DNA of 62,938 nt, counting the filler, from Pirum gemmata (taxonomy: Eukaryota), in the NCBI GenBank assembly GCA_002812295.1. It is 23 parts of 23 records of this genome, joined end to end, with 100 filler letters (N's around TTAATTAATTAA, not from the genome) between each part and the next. Parts side by side here need not be neighbours in the genome. Positions count along the whole stretch, not along the records: positions 58,035 to 60,404 come from PDIN01006416.1; positions 60,505 to 62,938 come from PDIN01006417.1; 21 more parts are not named here. The stretch is one strand, 5' to 3'. Made by a program: the position numbers and the translations under genes. Within the stretch, counting starts at the first letter, position 1. Each line of letters starts with the position of its first letter. The notes under the pieces are model-generated. The model worked only from the letters and a program-made list of their open reading frames with translations, searched no databases and had not been told where the DNA came from. Shown piece after piece: positions 59,642 to 62,938 of this stretch.

Positions 59642-59830
59642 TATCGCGCTTTTCATTTATTTTATCACTCCGAATATTTATTTGGTTTTTTATAATATTT
59701 AAACTGATACTTTTAAATAAATAAATATATAATAAAATATACCAAATTTAATAAAATGGATTTATATTGTATTAATTTGGTACTATTTATTGTATATTTT
59801 ATGACGACAAAATAACTGAAAAGCACTATA
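59642..59830 (+). mobile_element. MITE family A, full length (~189 bp; TIR TATCGTGCTTTTCA)
   Basis: tatcgcgcttttca...tgaaaagcactata. About 18 full or partial copies in the window, e.g. ~7007, ~7268, 10044, ~13405(-), 15547, 15763, ~25503, 28560, ~33752(-), ~45248, ~52751, 55581, ~60030, ~62135(-) and ~62370(-). Confidence 0.85.
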
Positions 59831-60504
59831 GCTAGGCTACTAGAGACTACTAGCTAGCTAGTAGCTAGTAGACTATGATATATATGTGTCAAAGACTCTA
59901 TGAATCCTGGGGTCTTAAGACTGGTCTTTGTATGTGTATTTTTTAATACATGTATTATGTATATGATATATCATATCAGCAACTTGATATCCTAGCCAGA
60001 CTTGATATCAGAGTATATCAGATAGACTTATTTTGCTTTTCATTTACTTTGTCACCCCGAATATTTATTTGGTTGGTTATAATATTTAAGCTGACATTTT
60101 TAAAGGAATAAATAGATAATAAAATATACCAAATTAAATGAAAAGCACGTTAGTATCATAGTCTACAGTAAAAAATAAATGAGATGGAGACCCTGGATGG
60201 AGACCAGGGATAGTACCTGGGATACCCTCTACTAAAGACTGGTCTAACTATCCATAGCCAGACTTCTTTAGCCTGTCACCCTCAGTCTAGCTAGACTTAT
60301 CGTAGTATCCAGTATCCTACCCAGCTGATCCTACCACAGTCCAGTCGTAGTATCAGAAAGCAAAAAAACAAAAATGAAAAAAAAAAAAAAAAAAAAAAAA
60401 AAAANNNNNNNNNNNNNNNNNNNNNNNNNNNNNNNNNNNNNNNNNNNNTTAATTAATTAANNNNNNNNNNNNNNNNNNNNNNNNNNNNNNNNNNNNNNNN
60501 NNNN

Positions 60505-61243
60505 GTCGACCTATAATAATTAATCTTACCAAAATTACCCAATAAATATTTTTAACTAAAATTTAAGTAATAGTTTCTACCCTAACCTTAACCCTAATCT
60601 ACCCAATAAAACTTAATAACTAAAATTTAAGTAATAGTTTCTACCCTAACCCTAACCGTAATCTATCCAATTAAAATTAATAATTGAAATTTAAATAATA
60701 GTGTCGACCTATAATAATTAATCTTACCAAAATTACCCAATAAATATTTTTAACTAAAATTTAAGTAATAGTTTCTACCCTAACCCTAACCCTAATCTAC
60801 CCAATAAAACTCAATAACTAAAATTTCTACCTAACCCTAACCGTAATCTACCCAATTAAAATTAATAATTGAAATTTAAATAATAGTGTCGACCTATAAT
60901 AATTAATATTAACAAAATTACCCAATAAATATTTTTAACTAAAATTTAAGTAATAGTTTCTACCCTAACCTTAACCNNNNNNNNNNNNNNNNNNNNNNNN
61001 NNCCTAACCCTAACCGTAATCTACCCAATTAAAATTAATAATTGAAATTTAAATAATAGTGTCGACCTATAATAATTAATATTAACAAAATTACCCAATA
61101 AATATTTTTAACTAAAATTTAAGTAATAGTTTCTACCCTAACCTTAACCTTAATCTACCCAATAAAACTTTATAACTAAAATTTAATTAATAGTTTCTAC
61201 CCTAACCCTAACCCTAATCTACCCAATTAAAATTAATAATTAA
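60505..61243. repeat. Higher-order tandem repeat (~185-198 bp) with embedded CCCTAA units
   Basis: gtcgacctataataattaat at 60505, 60703, 60888 and 61061. The subunit acccaat...aaatttaagtaatagtttctaccctaaccctaacc is repeated. Confidence 0.9.
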
Positions 61244-61703
61244 AGTTTTGTTTGAAAAGTTGTTAAATCTGTCGAAAAATACTATTAGAATATAATTGAA
61301 TTTTTAAGTGGTTTACTAATAATATTATATATTTAAACATTATTATTTCAGAAGTTATTATTATTATTATTTCTTTTCATAACCATAACTATAAATATAA
61401 AACCATAACCATAACCATAACCATTACTATAATCATAACCATAACCATAACCATAACTAACTCTTTAACTATAACTTAACTATAATTATTATTGTAACTA
61501 TAATTTTATTGTAAGTGTACCCATAACCATAACCATAACTATAATCATAATCATAATCATATTCATATTAATAAAAGATAACGTATTATTAATATTAACC
61601 TAATATTATTTTTTTGTTTGTTTTTTGTTGTTATTATTATCATAAATAATATTTTATTCATTATTATTATTATTATTTTATTTCATTTTTATTACATTTA
61701 TTA

Positions 61704-61735
<32 letters not shown>

Positions 61736-62717
61736 TAAATTTTTTGTTAGTTTTACATTTATTTTTTATTTTTATTTCACTGAAAAGCACGATATAAAAA
61801 TAGGGATATTCAACAACACGAAAAAACAAAAGATACAAATAAGGTAATTTAAGAAATTATTGGATATATTTGAGCACGATTATTATAGTTCGATTTTTTT
61901 GATTTTCTAGATTTTTTCAAGTAGCGATTCGGCAGCCTATAGTAGGCGTTTTAAACCAGACTCCACTTCGATTCAACCCCCCATCAACCCTAACAACTCC
62001 CCATTCCAATCCAGGGTCATCCATTCTATCATAATAATATCATATTATGATATGATAAAAAAAAAAAATGACTTTCGAACACTTTTCGAACACTTTTCGA
62101 ACACCAACTATAGCCAATCTCTGTAGCCAATCTAGTGCTTTTGATAAAACATATAATAAAAAGTACCCAATTAATACAATATAACTCCATTTAATTTTAT
62201 TTGGTATATTTTATTATTTATTTATTCATTTAAAAATGTCAATTGAACCTACCAAATAAATATTCAGAGTGATAGTCGGTTAACCCTAACCCTAACCCTA
62301 ACCCTAACCCTAACCCCTAACCCTAACCCTACCCGGACCTGGGGTAGTAGTCTAATAGACTAGTCGAATAGTTTTGTCATCATAAAGTATACAATAAATA
62401 GTACCAAATTAATACAATATAAGTCCATTTAATTTAATTTGGTATATTTTAATATTTATGTATTGATTTAAAAGTGTCAATTTAAAGATTATAACCCTCC
62501 AAATAAACAAAAGCTCAATAAAATAGATCTCATTATTTATTATAAGTAGAGTCAGAGTAGAGTCTAATAATAACTATAAAATAATAAAAAATAATAAAAA
62601 ATAACAACCAAAAATAAAAGCAAAACAATAATAACAATAGTAGCAATAATAATAAAATAACAAATCAACAAAGTCAAAGTAACACATTGAATTGGATATA
62701 TAAAACACAAACCAAAC

Positions 62718-62829
62718 ATGAGTTTTCTAACATCACAACAGTTAATAGATTTAACTGAAAACTGGGCGACACCCCAATTGCAAAAGTTTATTTTAAAGCC
62801 TGTTTCCCTGTACATCCTAGCATTAGACT
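62718..62829 (+). CDS. Possible first exon of an unknown gene, truncated by the window end
   Basis: ATG...MSFLTSQQLIDLTENWATPQLQKFILKPVSLYILALD, then a T|gtaagt donor and T-rich intron. Confidence 0.35.
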
Positions 62830-62938
62830 GTAAGTTACTTAATTCATTATGTTGTTTTTGTTAATATTCATTCCGTTCTTTTGTTTTTTTCTTTTGTTTT
62901 GTTCTTTTGTTTATTATTATTATTATTATTATTATTAT

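Overview
This window is very AT-rich, intron-rich eukaryotic DNA. It is an artificial concatenation of about 23 unrelated 2.2-4.4 kb contigs, each joined by a 100-nt linker (44 N + TTAATTAATTAA + 44 N), so nothing can be inferred across linkers. Most ORFs in the track are microsatellite artefacts. Reading GT-AG exons by hand gives gene fragments for cytoplasmic dynein heavy chain, a MyTH4-SH3 (myosin IV-like) tail, a VASt-domain protein, CTR9, a Ca3427-like periplasmic-binding protein and a SAM methyltransferase C-terminus. It also gives a complete 4-exon secreted protein that the ORF track misses, an intronless RGS protein, an intronless GH16 glucanase and two orphan ORFs. The organism is probably a unicellular eukaryote; an ichthyosporean-like holozoan is my tentative inference. 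Intergenic DNA is dominated by at least six MITE-like families, hexamer microsatellites, interstitial TTAGGG arrays and satellites. The most striking observation is a set of P-element-like end remnants (CAAGGACTT...AAGTCCTTG) with 7-bp target-site duplications. One encloses about 500 bp of telomeric-repeat filler and has an apparently empty homologous site in the same window. This suggests that transposon-excision breaks are healed with telomere or hexamer repeats in this genome.
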